Positions 31,724-43,144 of a stretch of DNA of 64,000 bases are shown here, piece after piece. Numbering within the stretch: position 1 is the stretch's first letter; each line of letters starts with the position of its first letter. Both the position numbers and the translations under genes were made by a program. This DNA comes from an uncultured cyanobacterium (GTDB lineage Bacteria > Cyanobacteriota > Cyanobacteriia > Cyanobacteriales > Cyanobacteriaceae), in assembly GCA_963710605.1 (NCBI GenBank), contig CAVQBA010000005.1:256001-320000 (forward strand). The letters are read 5' to 3'. The notes below the pieces were generated by a model, which did not search any database, was not told the DNA's origin, and was given only the letters and a program-made list of their open reading frames with translations.

Positions 31724-34700
31724 ATGAATACTGTTAAACCAGAGCGAAATACCCAAAACCGAGTTATCAAGTTATTTACCGAAGAATTAGGTTATCAATA
31801 TTTGGGTAACTGGCAATATCGAGCTAATAACAGTAACATCGAAGTTGAATATCTAACTAAATATCTGAGAAATGCTAATTATAGCCACGATCAAATTAGC
31901 CGAAGTATTGATATTTTAACTAAGACAGCTAATAAAATCGATCGAACTCTCTACCAAAACAACAAAGCTATCTATCAACTTTTGCGTTATGGTATTCAAA
32001 TCAAAACCGAGATTGCTAAAAATACCGAAACCATTCACCTAATTAACTGGGAAACACCAGCCAAAAATCATTGGGGTATTGCCGAAGAAGTTACTTTAAA
32101 AGGAAAAAAACAAAGAAGACCAGATTTAGTATTATATTTAAACGGTATCGCCATCGGTGTTATCGAACTCAAAAAAAGTACTGTCAGCATCTCTGAAGGT
32201 ATTCGTCAAAATATCTCTAACCAGAAAAAAGAATACAATCAATGGTTTTTTAGTACTGTCCAAATTTTAATAGCTGGTAATACCTCAGTCGGTTTAAAAT
32301 ATGGTACTATCTCCTCTTCAGAAAAATATTACCTTTCATGGAAAGAAGACATCGAAGATAACAGTCGCAACAAACTAGATAAATATCTACTCAAACTATG
32401 CAACAACGATCGTTTACTAGAACTAATTCATGACTTTGTTTTATATGACGGCGGCATTAAAAAATTACCCAGATTCCATCAATATTTTGCAATTCAATCA
32501 GCCCAACAAAAAATAGAAGAAAAGCAAGGGGGCATAATTTGGCATACCCAAGGCAGTGGTAAAAGTATCGTCATGGTGTTATTAGCTAAATGGATATTAG
32601 AAAACAAACACCAAGGTAGAATTGTCATCGTAACCGATCGAGATGAATTAGACAAACAAATAGAAAGTATATTCAAAGATACAGGTGAAGACATCCATCG
32701 CAGTGATAGCGGTAAAGACTTAATTAACCAACTATCCCAAGCTACACCCCGCTTATTATGTTCTTTGGTACACAAATTTGGCAAAAAAAATATTAATGAT
32801 TTCGATCGATTTATTCAAGACTTAGAAGCACAACCTAGCCCCGCCGTCGGTGAGATTTATGTTTTTGTCGATGAATGCCACCGTACCCAAAGCGGAAGAT
32901 TACACCGCATGATGAAAGCGATTTTGCCAAATGCCATTTTCATCGGTTTTACTGGTACGCCGTTGTTAAAAAAAGATAAACAAACTAGTAAGGAAGTTTT
33001 TGGGGGCTATATCCATACTTATAAATTTAGTGAAGCAGTAGAAGACGAAATAGTACTTGATTTGGTTTATGAAGCTAGAGACATCGAACAAAATTTAAGC
33101 TCACCTGAAAGGGTAGATAAATGGTTTGAGGCGAAAACAAAAGGATTGAATGACTGGCAAAAAGCCCAGTTAAAGAAAAAATGGGGTACGATGCAAAACG
33201 TACTCAGCTCGAAATCTCGGATGAATCAGGTTGTTAATGATATTGTCTTTGATTTTAATGTTAAACCTCGGCTTAATGATGGCAGAGGTACGGCTATTTT
33301 GGTTACTTCTAGTATTTACGAGGCTTGTAAATATTATCAGCTTTTTCAACAGACGGAGTTAAAAGATAAATATGCGGTGGTTACTTCTTATAATCCTCAA
33401 AGTACTAATCTTAGCAACGAAGACACTGGGGCAAATTCGGAAACTGATAAACAATTAATTTATCATACTTATCAACAAATTCTCAAAAATATTACTTCTC
33501 ACTCTGGTAAAACCAAAACAGAAACTTACGAAGATATAGTTAAAAAGAAGTTTCAAAACGAACCTGCAAATATGAAACTACTAATTGTAGTTGATAAATT
33601 ACTAACAGGTTTTGATGCTCCTAGTTGTACTTATATCTATCTTGATAAGTCTATGCAAGATCATGGTTTATTTCAAGCTATTTGTCGTACTAATCGTCTT
33701 GATGGTGAAGATAAAATTTTTGGTTATATTATCGACTATAAAGATTTGTTTAAAAAGGTAGAAAAGGCAATTTCAGTTTATACTTCTGAGTTAGATGATG
33801 GAGATAATGATATTGATCCTCAAATTATACTTCACGATCGTTTTAGTAAAGGTAAAGAGTCTTTAGATAATGCTTTAGAGGCGATTTTTCTTCTTTGCGA
33901 AGCTGTCAAACCTCCTCAAAGTGAAGTTGAGTATATCCATTATTTTTGTGGCAATACAGAAATACCAGCGGATTTACAAGAGCGTGAATATCGTCGGCTT
34001 AATCTTTATAGTAAAATAGCTTCTTTGATTCGTGCTTATACTAATATTATTGATGGATTAGATCAAGCAGGTTATAGTCAAGCAAAAATAACAGAGATTA
34101 AAGCCACTGTGAAAAACTATAGTGATATAAGGGATGTAATTCGTCATGCCAGTGGAGAAACTTTAGATTTAAAAGCTTACGAGGCGGATATGCGTCATTT
34201 AATCGATACTTATATTGAGGCTGAAACTCCTCGTAAAATATCGGCTTTTGATAATCTCTCTCTGGTTGATTTGATTGTTAAATCGGGTTTGAATGAAGCG
34301 GTTAATCAACTTCCTGAAGGAATTAAAAAAAATAAAAAAAGCGTCGCCGAAACGATCGAGAATAATATCCGTCGTATTATTGTCCAACAACAACTTAACG
34401 ATCCTGCTTATTACGATAAGATGTCTAATTTGCTTAATGAATTGATTGCAACCAGAACACAAAATGCGATCGAATATGCAGACCTATTAAAACATTATGC
34501 ACAACTAGCACAAAAAGTCAAGCAAGGGAAAGATGACAATACACCTTCAGAATTAGATACTCTGGCTAAATTAGCTATTTATAACAATCTACAACCATTA
34601 CAAACTTCTAAGCCTTCCAAGGCAAAAAATAGAGTAAAAGAGCCTTCAGTAACCTATCAGGTAGGTAAGAAACAAGATTCACAAATAACCCTAGCCTTAA

Positions 34701-34854
34701 AAATCGATCGGGCAGTAAAACGGGTAAAACCAGCAGATTGGCGTGGAGAAAAATGAAGGAAAATATTATTAAGGGAGAATTATTTAAAATATTAGGGGAT
34801 ATAAACGAGGTAGAAAAAATATTTTTGATTATTAAACAGCAAGAGGAGTATTAG
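31724..34854 (+). CDS. hsdR: type I R-M restriction subunit (A-run frameshift at ~34750 removes last ~33 aa)
   Basis: RPD...IELK, HTQGSGKS, DECHR, FTGTP, LLTGFDAP, QAICRTNR; shifted tail KENIIKGELFKILGDINEVEKIFLIIKQQEEY*. Confidence 0.93.
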
Positions 34855-35107
34855 TTTAAAACTTTAAAAAAGATTGATCCCCCTAAATCCCCCTTAATAA
34901 GGTGGACTTCCAAGCTTCTTCTTATTGATGATGATTTTAGTTCAATTTATTGAACGAATAACTGTTAGCCTTGAATGATCGAATTCAAGGTGAGTTAAAT
35001 ACTCAAATTTTTACGATGATAACCCTTCCCCTTCGATCGCTCTAAATCCGCCTTAGTAAGTGGGGCAGGGAATTTGTGAATTAATATAGTTTAAAACGTA
35101 GATAAAA

Positions 35108-35812
35108 ATGGAAACATTGACAATCTCTAATATAGTCATAAATATTGAGAGAAAAAAAATAAAGAATATGTATCTCAAAGTACGCCCACCTCAGGGAAAA
35201 GTTTTAATTTCTGCTCCGAAAAAGACTAAGATTGAAACTATCAGGATGTTTGCGATCGATAAATTAACTTGGATTAAAAAGCAACAAAAAAAATTCGATT
35301 CCCAAGTAAGAGAAACTCCTCGTGAATATATAGAAAGAGAAAGTCATTATCTTTGGGGAGAGCGTTATTTACTAAAAATTGTGGAATCAAATCAACACCC
35401 TCAAATCACCCTCAACCATAAAAATATATTATTACAAATACCTCCTCAATACGATCGTCTTCAAAAACAAAAAATGATGAATCGATGGTATAGAGAGCAA
35501 CTCAAACAAGCTATTCCTTCTTTAATCGAAAAATGGCAACCAATGATGAAGGTAAAAGTCAACAAGTTTTTTGTCCAACAAATGAAAACTAAATGGGGTA
35601 GTTGTAATGTAACCCAAGGTAATATACGCCTCAATACCGAATTAGCTAAAAAACCAAGAGTGTGTTTAGAATATATAGTAGTTCACGAAATGAATCATTT
35701 ACTAGTACCCAATCACGGTCAAAAATTTATTGATTTGATGGATTACTTTCTGCCTCAATGGCGGGAATATCAACAAATTCTCAATAGTTTACCGATTAGC
35801 GATTTTAACTGA
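35108..35812 (+). CDS. YgjP/DUF45 (M48-like) metal-dependent hydrolase, commonly linked to type I R-M
   Basis: MKTKWGSC, YIVVHEMNHL..NH. Confidence 0.9.
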   Translation: METLTISNIVINIERKKIKNMYLKVRPPQGKVLISAPKKTKIETIRMFAIDKLTWIKKQQKKFDSQVRETPREYIERESHYLWGERYLLKIVESNQHPQITLNHKNILLQIPPQYDRLQKQKMMNRWYREQLKQAIPSLIEKWQPMMKVKVNKFFVQQMKTKWGSCNVTQGNIRLNTELAKKPRVCLEYIVVHEMNHLLVPNHGQKFIDLMDYFLPQWREYQQILNSLPISDFN

Positions 35813-35991
35813 ATAACAGATACTCGGTTAGGTTATTAATAATTTACTAGCAAAATCAACTTCTAAATGAGGATAACAGTTTATATTTTATTAATAATTA
35901 CCCGATTGATTTCTAAACAGATATGTTTTTCAATTACAATGTGACAAAGAAAATAATCAATCAATATTAACTAAATAATTTTTCAATTATT

Positions 35992-37428
35992 ATGGTTTCA
36001 ATCCAGAAAAATAGTCGTCAAGAGTTAGATATTAGTTTTGTTCCCGCTATCATAACAGCAATCATTTTAACAGCGATCGTTTATTTAGCGGCTTTACCTT
36101 TTCGAGATTCATACATCGGCAACTTACTCTTCAATCGAGGTCTGATTCAATACTTTACTATCTTTACTTCTTGTTTGGTTGCGGCTATTACAATTAGTAA
36201 ATACATTAGAATTAATCAAGAAAAAAAGGTTTTAGATAAACTAGGTACACCAGAAAATATCGATTTTGAAAACCATAAATCAATTCAATTAGCCAATTTG
36301 CGAGAAGATTTCGCTCGTAACTCAACAATGGTTACAAATAGATTAGCCAGAGTCTTTACTGCTTATATAGAGTCAGGTAGTCGTAAGTCTGTAACTGAAT
36401 TCGCATTAGATGATTCTTCTTTTTATCTCAGCTCATCCGAATCCTCTTATGCTTTGCCTCGTATCTTAGTTTGGGCAATTCCTTTGTTAGGGTTTATTGG
36501 TACTGTAATCGGTATTAGTAGTGCGGTAAGTGGTTTTACTAGTTTTTTAGAAAATACTGCCGAAATTGATCAAATCAAAGAGGGAATTGGTACTGTTACT
36601 GGTGGATTGGCTGTTGCTTTTGATACCACTTTGTTGGCATTGTTATTAAGTGTAGTAGTGATGATTCCTTTGGTTTTAGTCGAGAAAATGGAATCACGAG
36701 TATTATTAGCAACTGATATTTATATCAACGATAATATCTTACCTCGATTAGCAGACAATTCAACCGATTCCAAACCTGTTTTAAATTCTCAAGAAATAAT
36801 TAGTACGATTACGCAAACGATCGCTCAAAGCCTACCACAAAAAGAAGAATTAATTCAACCGATAAGAGATGCTTTACCGACACCTGAGCAATTAATCGCC
36901 CCAGCGGAGGTTTATGCTAAAGAAGCGGCTAAAAATTTGGTGGCTGAATTTATTAGTGAGTTTAGTAAAATTCATCAGCAAGAGGAAGAGTTAATTAATA
37001 ATATGAAAGAGATTAACCAAGTCATTTTAAAAGATAGAGATAGTTTTGTCGCTACTTTTGGGCAACAACACGATTTCAATCAGTCAATCATCCTCAATGT
37101 TAAAGAATTAGTTGATTTGGTTAAAGATAATAATCAAGAAAATCAAGAAAATTTTACTCAAGCAAGTACAGCAATAACTACTCAATTGGCTAAAGCGGCT
37201 AGTAGTTTGGAAGAAAAAGTAATTTCGTTAGAAAAATCTAGTAGTCAAATTGCTCAACTAAATCAACTCACTTCTCATTTAGAAAAGATAGTAACGGTGT
37301 TAAATTCTGTTGATAAAATGCAGGATAATTTATCTGGGATAAAAGAAAAGATAGCTTTATTAGAACCAACTTTGAAAGATTTAAGCAAACCTAGAGTTGT
37401 TCGTTTAGTAGAGCAAATTGAACCCTAA
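35992..37428 (+). CDS. MotA/TolQ/ExbB proton-channel family protein with long helical C-terminal tail
   Basis: WAIPLLGFIGTVIGI...GLAVAFDTTLLAL; ~240-aa coiled-coil-like tail. Confidence 0.88.
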   Translation: MVSIQKNSRQELDISFVPAIITAIILTAIVYLAALPFRDSYIGNLLFNRGLIQYFTIFTSCLVAAITISKYIRINQEKKVLDKLGTPENIDFENHKSIQLANLREDFARNSTMVTNRLARVFTAYIESGSRKSVTEFALDDSSFYLSSSESSYALPRILVWAIPLLGFIGTVIGISSAVSGFTSFLENTAEIDQIKEGIGTVTGGLAVAFDTTLLALLLSVVVMIPLVLVEKMESRVLLATDIYINDNILPRLADNSTDSKPVLNSQEIISTITQTIAQSLPQKEELIQPIRDALPTPEQLIAPAEVYAKEAAKNLVAEFISEFSKIHQQEEELINNMKEINQVILKDRDSFVATFGQQHDFNQSIILNVKELVDLVKDNNQENQENFTQASTAITTQLAKAASSLEEKVISLEKSSSQIAQLNQLTSHLEKIVTVLNSVDKMQDNLSGIKEKIALLEPTLKDLSKPRVVRLVEQIEP

Positions 37429-37490
37429 TTGTCAAATCAACGTGATATCACAAAAAACTTACTTATTTATCAATTATCAATTAAAACCTT

Positions 37491-37946
37491 ATGCGTAGGC
37501 AAATACGATCGTCAAATAAAGTAGAATTAGAATTGTTTCCTTTTCTGTCAGTATTAGCTTGTACGATCGGTAGTCTGATTTTACTGATTATTGTGGTTAG
37601 TACTCAGACTTTAGATAGTAACCCAGAAGTAACGATCGTCGCTAAAACTGAAAATGGTATTAATCAAGGTAAACAACCTCGTTATATTGAATGTAAAGCT
37701 GATGGTGTGGTTATTTATCCAAGTCAAGAATTTATCCCCGCTGATCAATTAGAAGGAAGAAATTCTCCTTTAGCCACATTCATTAATGAGGTCAAAGCTA
37801 ATCGTGATCAAGAATATGTTATCGTAGCACTTAGACCAGACGGGATTGAAGTATTTCAAAAAGTAAGAGATTTGATTGAACAAGAAAAAATTGATATTGG
37901 TTATGAACCGATCGAGGAAGGTTGGACATTAAAAATAATTGAGTAA
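37491..37946 (+). CDS. ExbD/TolR-like single-TM protein
   Basis: Basic N-terminus, ELFPFLSVLACTIGSLILLII TM segment, small soluble domain. Confidence 0.65.
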   Translation: MRRQIRSSNKVELELFPFLSVLACTIGSLILLIIVVSTQTLDSNPEVTIVAKTENGINQGKQPRYIECKADGVVIYPSQEFIPADQLEGRNSPLATFINEVKANRDQEYVIVALRPDGIEVFQKVRDLIEQEKIDIGYEPIEEGWTLKIIE

Positions 37947-38105
37947 GCAATTTTAATTAGCCTGAAAGTTTGTAGTTATATTAAAGTATTAATTAGCTAT
38001 AAAAACAAATTCAGTATCAACTTTATTTAGTCTTAATTTTGCGATACATAATAATTAAAATCTAACTAAAAAAATTTAGTATTTATAATATTTAATTTAA
38101 AAAAT

Positions 38106-38810
38106 ATGAGAAGTAGAAGACAAAGAAAGAACAATAATCCTCGTCCAAATTTGGATTCTTTTTTAGATATTCTCACCAATACAGTCGGCGTATTAATGTT
38201 TATCGGGCTATTTGTAAGTCTGTTAGCAGTAGAGGCTGGTACAATTATTCGGACTCCATTAGTTTCAGGTACAAGAAAATCACCTAAATTTTTTGAAGTG
38301 AGAGACAATGCTATTTTTTATTTAAGTGATCCTCAATTAGAAAGTAGAATAGAAGAGACTATCGTTACTCTACCTAATTGTAATCCGCCTAATCTTCCTG
38401 CTGATAATATTCCCAGTAACTTATACAATTTCTATCGTCAAGAGCAATTACAATACGAACGATGTGTTAATAATCGTAATCTTCGCTTACAAAACTTTTA
38501 TTACGATAATGGCGATTATATAGTTACTTTTACCGATCGAGGTTCTTTGAAGTATGAACCTAATGTATCAGCTCAAGGAGAAACAGTTCAAGATTTGCGT
38601 GATAACAATTCTCAATTTAATCAAATTCTGGAACAATCTGATCCTAGTCTAAATTATGTTGCATTTATTGTCAGACCAGATAGTTTTGCAACTTTTAGAG
38701 CGGCTCGACAAAAAGCTTGGAATTCTGGTTATGAGATAGGTTGGGAGCCTTTTGCAGACGATCGTGTTTTGGTTTTTGGTTCTGGTGGTAGAGCTGTCGG
38801 CGTACAATAA
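38106..38810 (+). CDS. second ExbD/TolR-like single-TM protein
   Basis: NLDSFLDILTNTVGVLMFI (Asp in TM); C-terminal VRPD...GWEP parallels LRPD...GYEP of the previous gene. Confidence 0.65.
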   Translation: MRSRRQRKNNNPRPNLDSFLDILTNTVGVLMFIGLFVSLLAVEAGTIIRTPLVSGTRKSPKFFEVRDNAIFYLSDPQLESRIEETIVTLPNCNPPNLPADNIPSNLYNFYRQEQLQYERCVNNRNLRLQNFYYDNGDYIVTFTDRGSLKYEPNVSAQGETVQDLRDNNSQFNQILEQSDPSLNYVAFIVRPDSFATFRAARQKAWNSGYEIGWEPFADDRVLVFGSGGRAVGVQ

Positions 38811-39086
38811 TAATTAATCCTTATTTAGGGTTGATTGTAGAATTACCACCTATATAACTATCATTTAAATGAAAAAAATAGATAAGCAGGAGTAGAGACA
38901 ACACTAGTAAATAAAGATTTAAAGCTAACAAAAAATAATTGTTGAAAAAATTTTTTAAATCGAAGAAAAGCGACTATAAACTCAAGTACGATCGCTTTGG
39001 ATAAATCAATGAGCAAGTTCTCAATTCTTCACTTTATAAACAAAAAAAATTAAGTTTTAAAATCGCATTATAGTAAAATCAAGTTG

Positions 39087-39941
39087 TTATGCACTCATTC
39101 TTTCCACGATAAAAGGCATCGCTAAACGATAAATTATCCAAGCCACAAATAAACCCAATATTGCCAACACACTAGCAATCCAAAAACCGATCGGATTAGA
39201 TACAATACCCGTTGTTGCTAATTCTCGTGTCGTTACTAATAGTGGTGTAACGGGGTTTAATTGGACAATTATGCTAAATATACCTTCTTTCGGTATAGGG
39301 TAAATTACAGGAGTTAAAAATAACCAGATACTGACAATTAAAGTCATTCCCTTTGTGATATCTTGATATAATGCGCCTAATGGAGATAAAAGTAAACCCA
39401 AGCAAGTACCCAAAGCCACTAAATGAAGTAAAGCCACGGGTGCAATAATAATCGTCCAGGGTATCGGAATTTGAAACCAGATAAATAAGCAGACAATCAA
39501 AATTAGTTTGATGGCAAAATTAAATCCAACTTGTCCTAACTGTGCTAATATCAAAGCCTCTCGAGGAAAGTCTATTTTCGCTAACATAGATTTAGCCCTT
39601 GTAACGGCTTGAATCGGTCCATTGAGGGCTTCTACAAAAGTTTGCCAAAGAGTCATACTAAACATAACATAGGCAGGATATGGTAAGTCAGTAGCTTCAA
39701 TATTAAACACCTTAGCATTATTGGCTAAAGTCAAGCCTACTGCGGTAACAATAGGTGGAACGAATGCCCAGAATAGTCCCAAAAAAGATTGACGATATTG
39801 AGCTTTAATATCTCTGAGTAATAATTGCCATGCTAATCCTCGAGCGGCAAGTAAATCGTACCACATCTGTTTGACTAACTTAACTGGTTCTTTAATACGA
39901 CTTTCAGATGTATAGCGAGTTATTTTGTTCGATTTTGACAT
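39087..39941 (-). CDS. wzm: polysaccharide ABC exporter permease
   Basis: RDIKAQYRQSFLGLFW, FLTPVIYP, LNPVT. Confidence 0.9.
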   Translation of the reverse strand: MSKSNKITRYTSESRIKEPVKLVKQMWYDLLAARGLAWQLLLRDIKAQYRQSFLGLFWAFVPPIVTAVGLTLANNAKVFNIEATDLPYPAYVMFSMTLWQTFVEALNGPIQAVTRAKSMLAKIDFPREALILAQLGQVGFNFAIKLILIVCLFIWFQIPIPWTIIIAPVALLHLVALGTCLGLLLSPLGALYQDITKGMTLIVSIWLFLTPVIYPIPKEGIFSIIVQLNPVTPLLVTTRELATTGIVSNPIGFWIASVLAILGLFVAWIIYRLAMPFIVERMSA

Positions 39942-40054
39942 TCATTATCTCTCAACGAGCTTTTTTCAATTGATTAAAATTAACTAGAATGGACGATTCG
40001 AAAATCAAATTTTAGATCTAATTAAAACATGGTATCGCATAATTGAAATTAAAT

Positions 40055-41095
40055 TTACATTTGTGAGGATCGACTATCCCACCAATCCAAGGCTTTAGCA
40101 AAACGTATTCCAAAAGAGGTAGGGGAGTAATTTTGTTCGTACCATTGACGACGATCGAGTTGTGAAGTCTCATCTTCAGGTGTTTGTAAATGTTTTAGAA
40201 TAGCTTTAGTAAATGCAGAAATATCGCCTAGGGCAAATGTTTTCCCGTATTCTCCTAGAAGTTCGGGTACGCCACAAATCCCAAAAGCAAGACAGGGTTT
40301 TCCTAATGCTAGAGCTTCCATCAGAACTTTTGGCATTGGATCGTCTCTACTGGTTAAAATAAATAAATCAGCTTTCGCCATGATCGAGGCTGGATTTTCT
40401 AATGCTCCTGTGAAGGTAACGTAATTTTCAAGTCCGTGCTTTTGAAGTTGCTCGGCGATCGCACCTTCACAATATTCTTCTTCTCCAAACTTACCAATCC
40501 AGACAAATTTTACTTGAGGATTTTGCCTAATTACCTTTTCGGCAATTTGTAAAAAGTAATCTGTTCCTTTTTTCTTACTTACTAAACCACAAGCTACTAC
40601 TAAATTTTCTTCTTTATCTAAGGGTAAGCTATATTTAAGCAATGGAGAAGAATTAGAAATATTATTTAAAACATAAATATTTTGAGCATTGATGTGATAA
40701 GTATCTTGTAACATTTTTGCTCCGTATTTACATACGTGAAAATGGATTATGTTGGGGTTACTTAATAATCGATCGACTACAGGATAAATCGCTGGTTGTC
40801 GTTCGATCGCTTTTTGTATTCCCCATTCGGTTTCGTGCCAATATATTGCTGTTTGTTTTTTAAGTAATTGTGACAAAAGATAAAATCTGTAGCCACGATA
40901 ATTAACTAAACAAGGGATACCATCAAAAATAATCCTTTTTGCTTTAATAATTTGTAAAATTTTCGTTTTTTCTTGAGTCCAAAAGATTTTTAAATCAATG
41001 GCTCGATTCCGACACTCTTGTTGAGAAAACCAAAAAGAGTCTAAAGGTTTTCCGCCTCCTTGTTGATGATGAGAAAAAATAGTTACGGATTTCAT
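40055..41095 (-). CDS. glycosyltransferase family 4
   Basis: KKGTD, SRDDPMPKVLMEALALGKP. Confidence 0.85.
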   Translation of the reverse strand: MKSVTIFSHHQQGGGKPLDSFWFSQQECRNRAIDLKIFWTQEKTKILQIIKAKRIIFDGIPCLVNYRGYRFYLLSQLLKKQTAIYWHETEWGIQKAIERQPAIYPVVDRLLSNPNIIHFHVCKYGAKMLQDTYHINAQNIYVLNNISNSSPLLKYSLPLDKEENLVVACGLVSKKKGTDYFLQIAEKVIRQNPQVKFVWIGKFGEEEYCEGAIAEQLQKHGLENYVTFTGALENPASIMAKADLFILTSRDDPMPKVLMEALALGKPCLAFGICGVPELLGEYGKTFALGDISAFTKAILKHLQTPEDETSQLDRRQWYEQNYSPTSFGIRFAKALDWWDSRSSQM

Positions 41096-41485
41096 CAGAA
41101 GTTTTTATTTTATTTACGATCTATAAATTTGTTTGAAACCTTTAAGCGAATTTTTACTATTATGATTACGATTGCCCATTTTTTCAAGTTTGGTTTCGGC
41201 AAATTCTAAAATAGCTTTAGCTCGACTATCCCAAGTATATTTATCCACTTCTGTATTAGCGAGACTTAGACAAAAATTATGCGGCAAAACCGACTTGGTT
41301 TTTATAATCGTAATTTTTCATAGCTTCTGTTTCTTCCTATTTAATAAATACCTTAATCAAGTTGGCTTCTCTAGATTGATAATAGAATAACAAAAGTGAC
41401 TCTAGACTGAGACACTGTAGCCATCGATATTTAATCTTTAACTAACTCTATTCCCGTTTCTTTGGCTAGATTTGGTTCGCAGGTT

Positions 41486-42105
41486 TTAACGGGCAATCCT
41501 TGTTGTTTGAGATAAGATATTGCGTGGTCGATCGCTTTTGTAATATTCATAGCCACCACTATTTAAAGAAATACCCGCTATGATTACTTCTGACGCACCA
41601 CGATAAAATGCCAAACAAACAGCAAATAAACCTGTAGATATTTTTTTGTCACCACCTCTTTGTCCTAAGTTTTCTCCTGTAACAGCATGAATAATTTTAG
41701 CTCTTTGTTGATGTTCGTTTTTACTTTTTCTTATCGGTAATTTAGTTGTGCCAATCTTTCTTTAGCCGAGACAAAATTTACACCACGCTCGATTCAAACT
41801 AATTCAGTTGTCTTAAGATTTCTAATACTTTCTCTAGTCGTAATTTTAACTGGGTCGGTTGTTTCTTGTGCCATATAACCGCTCATAATTGTGATTTTGG
41901 GAGTCTGTTGTAATTTTAACTTTGAGGCACAATATCCTGAAGCATTTACGCACACTAAATCTGCATTCTTTAATTTATCTTCTGCTATGGTGGGATTAGA
42001 AGCAGAACCAAGAACAAGAAAAGTTTTTTTTGATTTGTTAGGTAAAATATTTAATTTTTTATTTGTTTTTGTAAAAATGTATTTAAGTTGCTCGACAGTG
42101 TACAT
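41486..42105 (-). pseudogene. sialyltransferase/GT29-like gene with nonsense codons and frameshift
   Basis: FLVLGSASNP...VCVNAS, then ELV*IERG...NYR*, later ISTGLFAVCLAFYRGASEVIIAGISL. Confidence 0.55.
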
Positions 42106-42126
42106 ATTTAGTTAAAGTATCAGAGT

Positions 42127-43095
42127 TTATAATTTAGTCTTTAACGGCGATTGCGATTCGGAAACTAATGCTAAAATTTCGTCAACAGATAATTTACTTG
42201 ATGCAATCGAATCCATTATATCTGGTCTCACATGACCTAACTTAACCTTAGATTCAATTAGTTCTGTCGCGACCAACCCTTTTTCGACACATTCTTTGAG
42301 TAAAGAGAAAAATAAACGTTCTTGTTGAATATCAGGATGTTGTTGATAAGTTGGACGTTTTTGACCGAGTAAACTGTATTGTAAAAAATTAGTTACCGAA
42401 TCTCGCCATGTTTTTTTGTAGTTACCTAAATTTTCTCGCTGATAAGCTAATCCCGTTTTCCAAGGTTGGGTTAGTTGTTTGGTGTTGTGTAATAGCTTTG
42501 TTTCGCTGTTGAGTTTATCTCTGTGATTCCACTCGTTTTCCAAAGTTCCAATTATCTCTCTTGATTCTGTTTGTAATGAAATCCAGTGTTGTAAATCGAT
42601 TTCACGAGCAAACAATCGATTGATCGTTTCTTCCCATTTCCAGTGACCTAGTTCACTGCAATCAAGAAGCATTACGCTAGTATCAAATCCTCTTTTGCTG
42701 GGTTTAACTGGTTTTGAAGTTGGACGAGAGATTTTGGGACAAGAAAAGATAGCTTTGCCTTCCATATCTCGTGACAGCAACTCGTAAATATCGGAAACAG
42801 CGAAAATATCGGGATCGATCAAAATAGCTCTACCTTGATAGCCCATAAGTTGAGGTACGAGAAAACGTAAAGGAAAAAAAGACTGAGGCACATCTTTGTA
42901 CCATGCTGATTCTATCTGATTTCTAAGACAAGATTGACCATCATAATTCATCAAATAGGGATAGTCTTCTAAGTTAATTAACTTAACGTTAAATTTATCG
43001 GCATTTTGAGACATTCTCTTCAGAGAATACATTGCCACTGTAGCAGGAATTATTTCACGATCGTTACTATGAACAAATACAGTTGGTTTAATCAT
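42127..43095 (-). CDS. GT8-like glycosyltransferase
   Basis: SFFPLRFLVP, IDPDIF (DxD), TSVMLLDC, LHNT...QPWK. Confidence 0.7.
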   Translation of the reverse strand: MIKPTVFVHSNDREIIPATVAMYSLKRMSQNADKFNVKLINLEDYPYLMNYDGQSCLRNQIESAWYKDVPQSFFPLRFLVPQLMGYQGRAILIDPDIFAVSDIYELLSRDMEGKAIFSCPKISRPTSKPVKPSKRGFDTSVMLLDCSELGHWKWEETINRLFAREIDLQHWISLQTESREIIGTLENEWNHRDKLNSETKLLHNTKQLTQPWKTGLAYQRENLGNYKKTWRDSVTNFLQYSLLGQKRPTYQQHPDIQQERLFFSLLKECVEKGLVATELIESKVKLGHVRPDIMDSIASSKLSVDEILALVSESQSPLKTKL

Positions 43096-43144
43096 TAGCT
43101 TTAATTTTTTTAATAACTAAAAATAGGTTTATTTTGCCAGAAAC

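Noticed and set aside
27684-35900. Integrative element inserted at tRNA-Leu carrying the R-M system
   Set aside because: No integrase and no duplicated tRNA 3' end was found downstream; adjacency alone is insufficient
35992-38810. Calling this a bona fide Zorya system
   Set aside because: No peptidoglycan-binding ZorB domain and no ZorC/D/E effectors; kept only as an open question
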